From the IMG/VR virus record IMGVR_UViG_3300011338_000331, positions 1 to 35,255 of that record: a stretch of DNA of 35,255 nt. One strand, written 5' to 3'. Source of the stretch: a virus. Taxonomy: Duplodnaviria; Caudoviricetes. The notes beneath the pieces are model-generated. The model made no database searches. It saw only the letters and a list, made by a program, of their open reading frames with translations, and was not told where the DNA came from. Of the stretch, positions 1 to 10,052 are shown piece by piece (the stretch's first letter is position 1; each line of letters opens with the position of its first letter). The position numbers and the translations under genes were made by a program.

Positions 1-1407
1 GCTGATTGAGTAGGTCACTAACCTCTTGCTCTGCTTTAAGTTTATCGGCAGCTGCCTTTTCAGCTGCGGTTTTTGCATCGGCTGCGTTCTTATCACGTGC
101 GGCCTTTTCTTTTGCGTCCTGTGCGTTTAGTATTCCATCACGTGTGTTTACTAAATCATTAAGTGCTTTTTGCGCATCGGCATTTATCTTCTCTTGATTC
201 TTGCGCTCCTCTTCCGGGTCAAATATTTTCTTTACTACAAAGTTGTTTACGTCTTCAAATACACTAGTTACATCTATCTTCTCAATGCCTAGTCCTAACT
301 TGTTAAGGATATCAATGCTGCCGTTTACAAAGCCTTCAAAAAACTCGGCAAGTTTGCGCTGTGGAAAGGTAACAAAGTCAAGGAATGTCTTTAAGTATTG
401 AGCGTTACGCTCGGCTGCTTTTATTTGCCCCTCGGCCTGTATGCGTGTAGTTTCAACAACTGCCTGCTGTTGGGCAATGGCTGTATTGAGTGCTTGTAAC
501 TTTAAGGCTGTTATTTCTTTTTCAGTTTTGCCTTGACGTTTCAGCGTTTCCTCGGTTGCAGATATGTTATCGTAGTTCTGCTTAGCTACAGCCGCACGTT
601 CCTTTTGCACATCCAGTGCTGCCGTTTCTGCATCCGTTACCCCGTCAATAAGTGAAAGCAATTCCTCAGCATAGACAATGGCGGCAGCAATTGCAGCACC
701 AATTAAGAATATTGGGTTAGTGAGTAATGCCTTACCAACCGATGCAAACGCGCTACCTATGCTACTAATGCCCTTGGCAATATCACCCGGCTTGACCTGT
801 CCAATGTTTGCGGCTAATTGCTTTGCGCCTTCAGCTGCACCTGTAAAGTCAAGTGATGCAATACGCGAAGTGACAAGTCCAAGCGAACCACCAACACGTT
901 CAAACGCACCACCTGCCTGTGTACCCACCGCCTGCGCTGCATCTTGTATCTTATCCTTAAGTTCACCGGCTGCCTGTGATAACTCACGATACTTTGCACT
1001 ATCGGGGTCGGTCGCTGCAAGCTGTGCCTGCAATTCCCGTAACTGCGCTTTGAGTGATTTACTCGATGTTGTTACCTGCTCTTGTTCTACAGCTAATTCT
1101 TGAAAGTCCGCGCTCGCCGTTTCAATACTTGATGTATCTACTTTGGTTTCTTTGAGTTCAGCATTCAGTTGATCCGTAGCATTTGCAAGATTGTTCACAG
1201 GGGCAACCACCTGTTCAACTGCATTGCCTACTTGCTCGATGCTCTGCGCTGCATTGCCCGCGTCAATGCTCTCAATGGCCTTACCAATGTCATCAATTTT
1301 GCCCGTTTCAATACCTGTAATGGTAGTTTCCAATTGCTGTATTTGGGTATTCACCTCAGCAAAGGCTTGACTATTCGGGTCAAGTTTCTGCAACTGTGCA
1401 TCAAGTG
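1..1407. repeat. Left copy of a 1407-bp terminal redundancy (second copy 33849-35255), about 93% identical, no indels
   Basis: Manual alignment at offset 33848 gives about 100 substitutions. First mismatch at 128, last at 1280, so 127 identical bp at each end. Confidence 0.95.
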
Positions 1408-1534
1408 CAATGAGTTGATTATACAACCCATCCAGTGAGGCGTTAGTTGCCGTGGTCACTACGTCTAAGCGTTGCAGATTTTGCTCAGCCTGTGTGGTAT
1501 CGATTACAAAACTTCTAACAATAGGTTCAGCCAT
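1..1534 (-). CDS. Tape measure protein, N-terminal part (allele A), runs off the window start
   Basis: ATG at 1534 (MAEPIVRSFVIDTTQAEQNLQRLD...) overlaps the upstream TAA. In frame with 32926-35241 across the circular junction, giving about 818 aa. Ala/Glu/Gln/Lys-rich helical sequence. Confidence 0.85.
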   Translation of the reverse strand, partial: MAEPIVRSFVIDTTQAEQNLQRLDVVTTATNASLDGLYNQLIALDAQLQKLDPNSQAFAEVNTQIQQLETTITGIETGKIDDIGKAIESIDAGNAAQSIEQVGNAVEQVVAPVNNLANATDQLNAELKETKVDTSSIETASADFQELAVEQEQVTTSSKSLKAQLRELQAQLAATDPDSAKYRELSQAAGELKDKIQDAAQAVGTQAGGAFERVGGSLGLVTSRIASLDFTGAAEGAKQLAANIGQVKPGDIAKGISSIGSAFASVGKALLTNPIFLIGAAIAAAIVYAEELLSLIDGVTDAETAALDVQKERAAVAKQNYDNISATEETLKRQGKTEKEITALKLQALNTAIAQQQAVVETTRIQAEGQIKAAERNAQYLKTFLDFVTFPQRKLAEFFEGFVNGSIDILNKLGLGIEKIDVTSVFEDVNNFVVKKIFDPEEERKNQEKINADAQKALNDLVNTRDGILNAQDAKEKAARDKNAADAKTAAEKAAADKLKAEQEVSDLLNQ

Positions 1535-1707
1535 TAGTATATGAGTTTAGCTATTAGGTAAATTATAGTAAAAAAAAGAAACGTACGCCATGCATACAAA
1601 GTAATAAACCACAGCACGCGTTGCCACGGGCGCAGTGAGTAGATGTACTTGGGTGGTGACTTAACACCGAGCTGCAAATAGCGCAATGAGTTTTTAATGT
1701 TCTCCAT
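1534..1707 (-). CDS. Small membrane protein (57 aa)
   Basis: Likely start MENIKNSLRY at 1707, just after the upstream stop. Hydrophobic C-terminus FLFFTIIYLIAKLIY. TAATG coupling to the tape measure gene. Confidence 0.65.
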   Translation of the reverse strand: MENIKNSLRYLQLGVKSPPKYIYSLRPWQRVLWFITLYAWRTFLFFTIIYLIAKLIY

Positions 1708-1708
1708 G

Positions 1709-4700
1709 TTATGTTGTTTTGCTTTGTTGGTATTGTATGGATGCTGTAATAAAAAAGGTAGCCGAATATGTGCCACCTGTCACGGTTACATTTATTCGAT
1801 GCTCATCTATATTTGTTGTCGTGTCAATGCCCAGTGTAAACACATAGCTTCCGATTGAACCTATTGTGCTTAATGTATTTATTGCACTGGCACTTGCTGC
1901 GCCACCTACCTTATCTAATGTAAAGTGATGCAATGAGGTTTCACTTGCACCAGTATTATCTTTAATTGTGACGTTCATTAACACACTCCACAACGTATCA
2001 TCAGGCATATTAATATATTGGCCCGATACACCTTCAACATACAAATCAGCTGTGTCACCTGATGCAGCAAATACTATTTGGTCTTGTAAAACAAACGTAC
2101 CAAACTGCGCCCATCCATAGTAGGTGCTTGATGGGTCGCCGTCACGATACCCACCGCCTACGTGAATACCCGGTAAATTAGTCACCACGTTTTTACCGAG
2201 TAGGTTGCTACCGCGAACGTTGGCAGTAAGGTCTAACTTCTCACCTACCGCAAGCATGTTGTTGTTGCCGCCTGTTATCGTTACATCCGTTCCTGTAATG
2301 CTTGAATTGAGAAGTGTAGCATTGCGTCTTGTTGCTAAAATTACACGCGGTGAAGGATTGGTTGCCGTACCTGTAGTAGGTGGTGTTGGTCGCGTACTGG
2401 TTATAGTCCCCCAACATACAGCGTTAGCCTCGTCCCATGTAAAACCATAGCGCGTGCAACAACTTTCGTTTGATGCAATCGGGTCACCATTGTAGTCTGT
2501 AAAAATAATCTCGCCATTCGCAGACATATCCGTAGGCACACCGTTGCAATCTTCAGCATCCTCAAGAAACTTTAATAGCTTAACCTGCGTACTTTCATAC
2601 ATGCCCACCTTATAGTCATTGACCTCAAGTATGCGCCAATAACTATCTTGTATCCATATCTTATCACTAAACTTAAAACTAACTATATCCTTAAGGTCAA
2701 GCGCAAATGATGCCTCCATTATTCTACCCTCAGGTGAATACAAAGCATTCATATAACTTCTCCAGTACTTATTAAACAGGTTATTGTATGGATTGGTATT
2801 GATAAAGTGCGGCGGTGTTTCAGGGGCCCAATTCAAATCCTCATCGTCAACAGATGCTTGAACAACGCTGTAGTTATTTAGCACTGGTATTGCATCCGTC
2901 ACAACTGTAAGCGTAGAATCGTCAAACATTGCCACGTCAACCGAACCTGCTTCAAAAAGGCAACGCGGCCCGGGTGCAACAAACTCTAACTGGTCATTGT
3001 AAAAAAGTGGCATGACGTAACCACTGCCATTGATAACACCACTTGGTGTAGATCGCGTGACAAGCTGCACCTTTTGCTCACCTATAACATAGTCACTTGG
3101 TGGTGTGCTAGGATTAACTGTGTATCCGATTGCTTCGTAATCACCATATATTCTATTGACGTTTCTGTAAGGTCTTGCAACAACTTCCTCACCTGCAGTG
3201 TAGGTAAATTGAAACTTGGCCTTTTGTAAATCAACAGTGCTGCTTATAACTATATCCTTGCTTGTGTCAAGTTTATTTGTCCAATCGAGCGTGTCGCCAC
3301 TACCAAGGTAGCTATTCTGAGGCACGATGTAAATCTTATTGGGTATTGCCCTATCCGCTACAATAGCGCAGTTGTGCATTTTGATTACGTCAGTGACCAA
3401 ATCAATCTGCTTCATATCGGGCGCATTCTGATTATAGAATATGGTTTGCCCGAAACTCAATATAGCGTAATCCAATCTAAATGTGCTGCCTGCGTCTAGG
3501 GTAGAAGTGCTACCCGGCTCACTAGTAGCACCGCTAAAAGTGATTACATCGCCCGCATTTAAAGTTATGAATTTATTGAAATTCCATGTAAAAGTACCCG
3601 GAGGTAAATATCTGCCTTCATTGATAGGGTCACCTGTTGTGCCGTTATAGTTGACAAGAACATGATATAATGCAGGGTCACCAATTGCTGTAATAATCAA
3701 ATTAAAAGTGAATGAATAAACCCCCGATTCAGTTACAGTGTATTCATAGGTTGTAGGGTTATAGTTGCCTCCATTATCAAACACTACGTTGTCAAATTCA
3801 AGTATACCTTGATAAATCGAACTAGTATTATTGGTAGCTAATAGACCTTGCGCCCCTGCTATATCACTTCCTTGCAAGCCTTTTTGATTACACCAAGGCA
3901 TCCAGTAGGTGGAGAGTATCGTTTGAAGCGTACCTGCAGCAAGTTCAAACCCCGCCTCCTTAATGATGTTGTTAAACAAGAACCACCAACTTAGCGCGGG
4001 TGTTAAATCCGCTGCGTAGACTGGGTAATTTGGGTCAAGTAAAGATTGCGTACCCGCCTCACCACCTTCACTCCATAATTGACCACGATCTAAAATAGTC
4101 CATATGCGGTCGGCTGTTGGTGCGGTAACGTTTAGATACTCTACAGGTTCATCTAACGTAATTAACTCCTGTAAATCCTTTAGCTTCTTTTCGCCAATGT
4201 TGCGTACAAGGTCGGGTGTCTCAGCATAAAACGCTAACTCTACCTCGTTAATTCTATTCTGCTGCTTGTATACTTTACGCACTCGGACGTAACCTGCAGC
4301 GATGGGCAACGTATCCACGCGAATTTCAGCAGGTAGTTTGTAGTGAAAATAGTTCTCAGTCCCGGCTGTTGCGTTTACATCGAATAGCGCACCAAGTGCT
4401 TGCTGATTGTTGTAGCTGTAAGGCACACGAAACTCACGGCTGAATGCGCCCTGTGCGGTGAAGTTGTTAAGGTCTTGAAACTTCCAGTTCTGCGATATGC
4501 TCTCGTTTTCGAATAGGTCTATATACCGCTCCGTTACCGATGGCACAGCCGCCATGTAATTCAAATTTGGTAAATCAAAGTTGTCACCAAAATCAAAATT
4601 GAAAGGCGCACTACTAAATAATTGTGTATTTGTTGGACTGATAAACGCATAAGCAGGATTGTTTAACGTAACGCTTTGGATGTAATACGTTCCGAGGTCG

Positions 4701-4879
4701 CCATGTAATGCACTTTGCACTTGGACAAAACCACCTATGTAAGAGGTCATGTCGGTAGGGTAGCTTAATAGAACCTGCGGATTAACCGTGGTATCTATTA
4801 CACCCGATTCTGTGGCTAATACAATACCGCTTGGTGCAACACCCGGCACTTTAACTATTAGTTGTACTTCTCCGTTCAT
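1709..4879 (-). CDS. Tail tip / baseplate hub-like protein with internal C1q/TNF-like beta domain
   Basis: 1056 aa. IDLFENESI...FSREFRVP...NN motif typical of Bacteroidota phage tail proteins. FDNVVFDNGGNYNPTTYEYTVTESGVYSF resembles C1q. Adjacent to the tape measure gene. Confidence 0.7.
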   Translation of the reverse strand: MNGEVQLIVKVPGVAPSGIVLATESGVIDTTVNPQVLLSYPTDMTSYIGGFVQVQSALHGDLGTYYIQSVTLNNPAYAFISPTNTQLFSSAPFNFDFGDNFDLPNLNYMAAVPSVTERYIDLFENESISQNWKFQDLNNFTAQGAFSREFRVPYSYNNQQALGALFDVNATAGTENYFHYKLPAEIRVDTLPIAAGYVRVRKVYKQQNRINEVELAFYAETPDLVRNIGEKKLKDLQELITLDEPVEYLNVTAPTADRIWTILDRGQLWSEGGEAGTQSLLDPNYPVYAADLTPALSWWFLFNNIIKEAGFELAAGTLQTILSTYWMPWCNQKGLQGSDIAGAQGLLATNNTSSIYQGILEFDNVVFDNGGNYNPTTYEYTVTESGVYSFTFNLIITAIGDPALYHVLVNYNGTTGDPINEGRYLPPGTFTWNFNKFITLNAGDVITFSGATSEPGSTSTLDAGSTFRLDYAILSFGQTIFYNQNAPDMKQIDLVTDVIKMHNCAIVADRAIPNKIYIVPQNSYLGSGDTLDWTNKLDTSKDIVISSTVDLQKAKFQFTYTAGEEVVARPYRNVNRIYGDYEAIGYTVNPSTPPSDYVIGEQKVQLVTRSTPSGVINGSGYVMPLFYNDQLEFVAPGPRCLFEAGSVDVAMFDDSTLTVVTDAIPVLNNYSVVQASVDDEDLNWAPETPPHFINTNPYNNLFNKYWRSYMNALYSPEGRIMEASFALDLKDIVSFKFSDKIWIQDSYWRILEVNDYKVGMYESTQVKLLKFLEDAEDCNGVPTDMSANGEIIFTDYNGDPIASNESCCTRYGFTWDEANAVCWGTITSTRPTPPTTGTATNPSPRVILATRRNATLLNSSITGTDVTITGGNNNMLAVGEKLDLTANVRGSNLLGKNVVTNLPGIHVGGGYRDGDPSSTYYGWAQFGTFVLQDQIVFAASGDTADLYVEGVSGQYINMPDDTLWSVLMNVTIKDNTGASETSLHHFTLDKVGGAASASAINTLSTIGSIGSYVFTLGIDTTTNIDEHRINVTVTGGTYSATFFITASIQYQQSKTT

Positions 4880-4880
4880 G

Positions 4881-6167
4881 TTATGTCCAGTATTCGTTTG
4901 CGATTCGCATCTTTAAAGTTACGTTGTATAGCTTGCCGTCACGTGTGTTCTTTTCCACATACGATGTATCGTCTAGGTTGACAGGTATGGATACGTTTTT
5001 ACCTGCATCCTGCGTTAGCCATTCAACTTGATTGCTCACAAGTAACGAGCGAAGGAATTGAAACTCGCCCTCACTAATGTAGTCACTAGTGATTGTGATA
5101 ACCTGCTGCACTAAGTTTCTCCGCTCCTGCAATCCTCGGTCGGTTGCTGAAAACACTCCAGTTGTACCATTGAACAACACGCGTCTAAACTTCTTGCGTT
5201 CTATCTCGTCGGTTTTTTCAGACTTCTTTATGAAGTTTTGATAGTCCCAACCACCCTTGCTATTAACAAACGCTAAGCGTATGTTGTAATAGTTGCAATC
5301 GTATTGACCATATACACCCGCGTTGTAGAAAATAACGGCTTGGCTTTCTTGTGATGCACCATTAAACACTGAAACCGAATAACATCTCCAATTAGGGAAT
5401 AACGAAGGCTTGACACTTAAGGCAACAAAGTCATTAAGGTTGGCAGGGTACACTGGTAGCAACTCTAAATCATAACCGTTTAATGGTAATGTTTGTGTTA
5501 CAGGTGCACCCGCTGCAGGAAACATAATGATCCGATAGGAATCAACAGCGTTGTTAGTTAAATAGGTGTCATTGCCCGGAACAGATAAATAACCGTAGTC
5601 ACTTTCAAAAACAGGAACCCAAATTCTATTTGTTGAACCCGTAAAACCCCACGAGTTTGCATATTTGTTGTAATGCATACCGGGAAACCTATCGGTTAAG
5701 GGAAGGCTACTAAGGAAGTTTGTTAATGAGCGTTGCACCTTTTGAGTACCTGTCAGCACGTTTGGTTTGTAACCATCTATAACTTGAAAATAGCCATTGA
5801 TAGCTATCATTTCTTCGCCTGAAACATTACTGCCAAGGTTTACCGTAAGCACCCCGTCCACTATCCAGTTCTCAGTTAACTCAAAGCTCACGCTTAACGG
5901 ACTATTGTCATCAACCGTATCATCTGTTGCATAGTGTGAATTTGAGTTAAGGACATTGCGCATGTCATCAACAAGTGGTGAAAGGTCAAAGTATAGCCTA
6001 TCATCGGGCGCGGCTGATACATAGAAGCTATATAGTTTGCCTGCAACTGTAACGTCAATACCATATCTAAAACCGCTGTTAGAGGTTTCATCACTTATTG
6101 CAATGATCATTAGCTTTTGACCACGAACGGCCCACTTGTAAGGCTGGTCTTCTATTGTTATTGCCAT
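4881..6167 (-). CDS. Tail structural protein (distal-tail-like)
   Basis: 428 aa. C-terminal FVNSKGGWDYQNF...LRSLLVSNQV motif. Tightly packed in the tail module. Confidence 0.6.
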   Translation of the reverse strand: MAITIEDQPYKWAVRGQKLMIIAISDETSNSGFRYGIDVTVAGKLYSFYVSAAPDDRLYFDLSPLVDDMRNVLNSNSHYATDDTVDDNSPLSVSFELTENWIVDGVLTVNLGSNVSGEEMIAINGYFQVIDGYKPNVLTGTQKVQRSLTNFLSSLPLTDRFPGMHYNKYANSWGFTGSTNRIWVPVFESDYGYLSVPGNDTYLTNNAVDSYRIIMFPAAGAPVTQTLPLNGYDLELLPVYPANLNDFVALSVKPSLFPNWRCYSVSVFNGASQESQAVIFYNAGVYGQYDCNYYNIRLAFVNSKGGWDYQNFIKKSEKTDEIERKKFRRVLFNGTTGVFSATDRGLQERRNLVQQVITITSDYISEGEFQFLRSLLVSNQVEWLTQDAGKNVSIPVNLDDTSYVEKNTRDGKLYNVTLKMRIANEYWT

Positions 6168-6697
6168 TATCTTTTATTTAGTAGTAATCTGTTCTCAATG
6201 CTTTTTATGTAGCTATCCATTAGCTTGTCTTTATACTCGTCCCATGTATCGTCTATTGCTTCGGTGTAGTAGTAAATACCTTCTATACCTTTTTCGCCTA
6301 TGCTCTTTGCAATAGCGATAGCCGCACTCTTAATGCTACTTTCTGTTGCCTTTATAAATTCACCCTGTCTATTGCGCAGCTTTAATGGCTTTAGCTTAAT
6401 CCACTTCATTATGTCCTTGTATGGTGGACGTTTAGTAGGGTCACCCGGGTAAGGTCTGCGCCCAAACTCTATCACATCCGCATACTTTCCTGCCTCATCA
6501 TTTGATACGGTGAAGTCTATTGTCGGCTTGTTGTATCGTATCTTGAGATTGTAGTAAAGTGAATTGAGCAAACGCCCTGAAGCAACACGATTGACCGTCT
6601 TGCCACGCACCCTGCGTTTGATGCGCAGATTAGATTGTGCACGTTCAACTACAGCGAGCGCATACTCATTCAATATGTTCTCAAACTCATCTGCCAT
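6167..6697 (-). CDS. Neck / tail completion protein (HK97 gp10-like)
   Basis: Basic 176 aa with VASGRLLNSL and KYADVIEFGRRP motifs. Confidence 0.65.
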   Translation of the reverse strand: MADEFENILNEYALAVVERAQSNLRIKRRVRGKTVNRVASGRLLNSLYYNLKIRYNKPTIDFTVSNDEAGKYADVIEFGRRPYPGDPTKRPPYKDIMKWIKLKPLKLRNRQGEFIKATESSIKSAAIAIAKSIGEKGIEGIYYYTEAIDDTWDEYKDKLMDSYIKSIENRLLLNKR

Positions 6698-6957
6698 TAC
6701 AACTCACTTAAAAAGATTGTGTATGCAGTAGAGGCATTAGCTACAAGTAGTTGGGCAAATCGCTGTGCCTTTACAGGGTCAATAAGTGCCTCACTAACTA
6801 GATTGCGGTTAGCTTGTGCAGCATCGTTTGCAGTAGGCCACGTCAATGAGCCGTCAGGGTTTTCTGTTGGCTCAACACTATCCGCACCGCACTTGAATAT
6901 CACAACGCTGCCTTTGTTATCCACCACAAAATTTTGCCCATCAAAAGTGTATGTCAT
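6697..6957 (-). CDS. Hypothetical protein downstream of the fibre gene
   Basis: 86 aa, with start/stop overlaps on both sides. Confidence 0.6.
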   Translation of the reverse strand: MTYTFDGQNFVVDNKGSVVIFKCGADSVEPTENPDGSLTWPTANDAAQANRNLVSEALIDPVKAQRFAQLLVANASTAYTIFLSEL

Positions 6958-9900
6958 ATCGTTAATAATACTTGGTTGTTTAATATAGCCGCGCTTGTAC
7001 CTGTTGAGTTGTTTACGAACTTCATCCCCATTTGGTCACCAACTACAACACTTACCGAGTTTACCAAATCACTGAATACACCCGCTGCAGAACCTGCCGC
7101 AATGGTTAGGGTCAATGCTTGGTCTACGCTGTTTTTTCGCACCGTGCACACAAGCGAACCCGAAGCGGGTTGTGCTGTGCTAGTCATTACATACAATCGA
7201 GTAAGCGTGCCGTTAGTTATCATTGGTGTTCTACGCACAGCATCCGATGCATTGTGGTTAGCTGAACCGCCAAACAAAGCACCAAAGCGAGTAGCCCCCG
7301 CAGCCAAAGTATCACCATTAGCAAACTGATATAGAATCGATGTTGCACTGGTAGTGATTCCTAAATCGGTTACCATTTCAGCAGCCGTTCTTGCGGTTAC
7401 CGTGTTATCCGCATTGATACGCAAATAACGCACAGCACTCGGATTTGGAAGCGTTGCAAGGTTAGTACCTACCGTGGTAAGGCCAATGCTATTTTGTTTG
7501 CCATTGAATGTTGACCAGTCCGCGCTACTCAATGCACCACGATTTGCAGCACTTGCCGTAGGTAGATTGAACGTGTGTGTACCTGATGCGCTACTTATTG
7601 CAAAGTCAGTCCCGGATGTGCCTACTGCAAAGTTCTGAGTGTTATCGGTTAATCCATTCAAAGAACTTATTCCGATTGCGTAGGTGGTATGCACCTCACC
7701 TATGCGACTTGCCTCGGTGTAAAGTGTAACCGTTTTGCCATTGGTGTTCTGAATATCGAACTCAATATGTATGCGGTCGGTAGCAAGTGTGGTTGTTGTA
7801 GGGACTGAAATAGCAAACGTGTAGAGGTCTACTACATTACCATTAGTTACCTGTTCAACTGGTGAAGTACCTATAAGCGTGAAACTAGTTCCGTTGTACG
7901 TGTATAGTTTAGCAAGTATCTCAGCATGGTTAGCACCCCCTCCTGTTTCACTTAAGTACACATCTATAGTCCACACACCCGAAGGTAACACAAGGTGGTT
8001 AGGGCTTCCAACGTTAGTAATAAATCGCGCAATAACGCCTGTAGTCGCACGTGTAAAGTTGGCCGCCGCTCCTGTAGCCGCCGCTGTGCCTAACTGGTAG
8101 TAAGTGTTACCACCTATTGTACCTTGTGAAGTATTACCATTGAAGTAGAAGATTTGACCACCACCCCCACCTGTTGATGGTAGAGTACGAAGCGCACCCG
8201 TTCCATCTATGTATTGATCTACCGTACCATTGGCAGCAACCGCAAGTGTGCCCGATGTGGTAACGGGCGAACCTGTTACACTAAATGCTGGATTACTTGG
8301 TGCAGGCATAGTAAGACCTACGGATGTAACCGTGCCACCACCTCCACCACTTACTGTAGTATATTCTACCTTTCCAGTTGCAGCATCAGTCAAAGTCAAT
8401 ACTTGACCGTTTGTTGCAGTTGCGCCTACTGCAGGCGTCTTAATATAGGTAGCAACCTTGTCCGTTTTAAACTCCTGCGTAGTAGCACCTACCGATTTCA
8501 TTGAGGCATCATTCGCAGTTATATATAGACGGCTTTCGCTCGGTGGATACTTACCAATAAATACCTCAAAGAATCCTGTAAGCTCCGGGTAAATTTTAAA
8601 CTCAGTATTGTTTTGCCACAACAGCGTGGTTGAATTTCCCTTGATAGTATTGTTCGTGGTTAGTGTGTTGTCCGTTGTGATTACACTCTGCAAACCTTGT
8701 AACGCAGGCTTATTAATGAGGTCGTTATAATCACCCGTGGTTGCAACCGTTGCAAGTGTTGGCTTGTTAAGAATCTGCGCAAGTCCACTAACTGCGTTCC
8801 AATCCGAATTAACTTGTCCTGCAGGTATGGTCGGGAATGTTGCTAGTGCCCCATCACCTCGCACGTACTGCGCACTCGTACCCGCTGCAGTTATTGCAAG
8901 AGTTCCTGATGTAGTAATTGGTGAACCCGTAACGTTGAAAGCTGCAGGTGTTGTAAGTGCAACCGATGTGACCGTGCCACTACCTCCTGCCGTAGGTGTT
9001 GAGGCTATCCATTGCCCGGTGCTCGTGTTATATGTCAGCACCTGCCCGTTTGTTGGCGTTGGTGCGTTTACATCCGTTAAGCTATCCAGTGTTGAAGGTA
9101 CAAAGGGCTTGTTTAGTATTTGTGCCACCCCACTAGCCGCGTTCCAATCGGAGTTAACCTGTGCTGCAGGTATCGTAGGTTTGTTCAATACTTGAAAGTC
9201 ACCACTCGTAGCGTTCCAATCTACAGGCGTTTGACGCAACCTGTTACCAACTGCAACAAGTGCCCAATACAAAGTGTTGGTTGGTATGATTGCATCATTG
9301 TTAGCTATGCACTGGTAGACGTTTCCGTTATACCATACCCTATCGCCTACTAAATATGGGTTACCCGTGGCTGTTGTGTGGTTAGCATTATATGCTGTAC
9401 TCACATAATCTACCGTGGCCGTTGCTGCATCTATTGTAACCGAGCCATTGCCTAAGTCGGTTATGGTTATGTTCGTGCCATTAACTAGGTTCAACTTAGT
9501 TTGCACTACGTTGTCAACTCCATTAGTCTGCAGCTCGATGCCATAACCTGTGCCACTACCACCGCTGCCACTTGCACCACCTACTGACCATATCGCAGGA
9601 ATGTCACAAGCACTCCAATCCCAAGGTACTTCAAGTTTAATCGTAAAGGCAACACCCGTAACCGTGTTCTTTTGTTCCTCCATGAATGGCTCAAACACCA
9701 CGTCATTGACAAGCTGAACATCAAAACCGAATAATTCTAGTCCGTTCTTAACCTCGGCAATAAGGTCTTGACCTAATCGCACACAATCGCTAATGACTTC
9801 ACGCTGATATTCGGCCTTGTATTCTTTGTCACGGGGTATATCAGCAAACATGATATGGAAACCAAAGTGCATGCCCCCGCTGATTGGCTCAATAGTATCG

Positions 9901-10052
9901 GGCGTAACGTGCATGAATGGATATTGATCGTCCTGAAGTTGGTCGGCCATATCAATTTGCCCGTGCGTGAATCGCTTAATCAAAAAGTGCCCGGCTGCAA
10001 ATGCTTCCAGGCGATTGATAAGGACGTTGTAACTATAGTTGTAACTATTCAT
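6954..10052 (-). CDS. Tail-terminator-like N-terminal domain fused to a long fibre/adhesin region
   Basis: About 152 aa globular domain ending WSACDIP, then a GS linker, a CBM5/12-like YLVGDRVWYNGNVYQC module, 3x DWNAxSGxxQxLNKP, 2x GTVTSV, and Thr/Gly-rich fibre sequence. Confidence 0.7.
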   Translation of the reverse strand: MNSYNYSYNVLINRLEAFAAGHFLIKRFTHGQIDMADQLQDDQYPFMHVTPDTIEPISGGMHFGFHIMFADIPRDKEYKAEYQREVISDCVRLGQDLIAEVKNGLELFGFDVQLVNDVVFEPFMEEQKNTVTGVAFTIKLEVPWDWSACDIPAIWSVGGASGSGGSGTGYGIELQTNGVDNVVQTKLNLVNGTNITITDLGNGSVTIDAATATVDYVSTAYNANHTTATGNPYLVGDRVWYNGNVYQCIANNDAIIPTNTLYWALVAVGNRLRQTPVDWNATSGDFQVLNKPTIPAAQVNSDWNAASGVAQILNKPFVPSTLDSLTDVNAPTPTNGQVLTYNTSTGQWIASTPTAGGSGTVTSVALTTPAAFNVTGSPITTSGTLAITAAGTSAQYVRGDGALATFPTIPAGQVNSDWNAVSGLAQILNKPTLATVATTGDYNDLINKPALQGLQSVITTDNTLTTNNTIKGNSTTLLWQNNTEFKIYPELTGFFEVFIGKYPPSESRLYITANDASMKSVGATTQEFKTDKVATYIKTPAVGATATNGQVLTLTDAATGKVEYTTVSGGGGGTVTSVGLTMPAPSNPAFSVTGSPVTTSGTLAVAANGTVDQYIDGTGALRTLPSTGGGGGQIFYFNGNTSQGTIGGNTYYQLGTAAATGAAANFTRATTGVIARFITNVGSPNHLVLPSGVWTIDVYLSETGGGANHAEILAKLYTYNGTSFTLIGTSPVEQVTNGNVVDLYTFAISVPTTTTLATDRIHIEFDIQNTNGKTVTLYTEASRIGEVHTTYAIGISSLNGLTDNTQNFAVGTSGTDFAISSASGTHTFNLPTASAANRGALSSADWSTFNGKQNSIGLTTVGTNLATLPNPSAVRYLRINADNTVTARTAAEMVTDLGITTSATSILYQFANGDTLAAGATRFGALFGGSANHNASDAVRRTPMITNGTLTRLYVMTSTAQPASGSLVCTVRKNSVDQALTLTIAAGSAAGVFSDLVNSVSVVVGDQMGMKFVNNSTGTSAAILNNQVLLTI

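Noticed and set aside
6-1438. Plus-strand ORFs opposite the tape measure gene (also 33338-34894)
   Set aside because: Antisense shadows of a long Ala-rich ORF. Substitutions between the two copies are mostly synonymous in the minus-strand frame.
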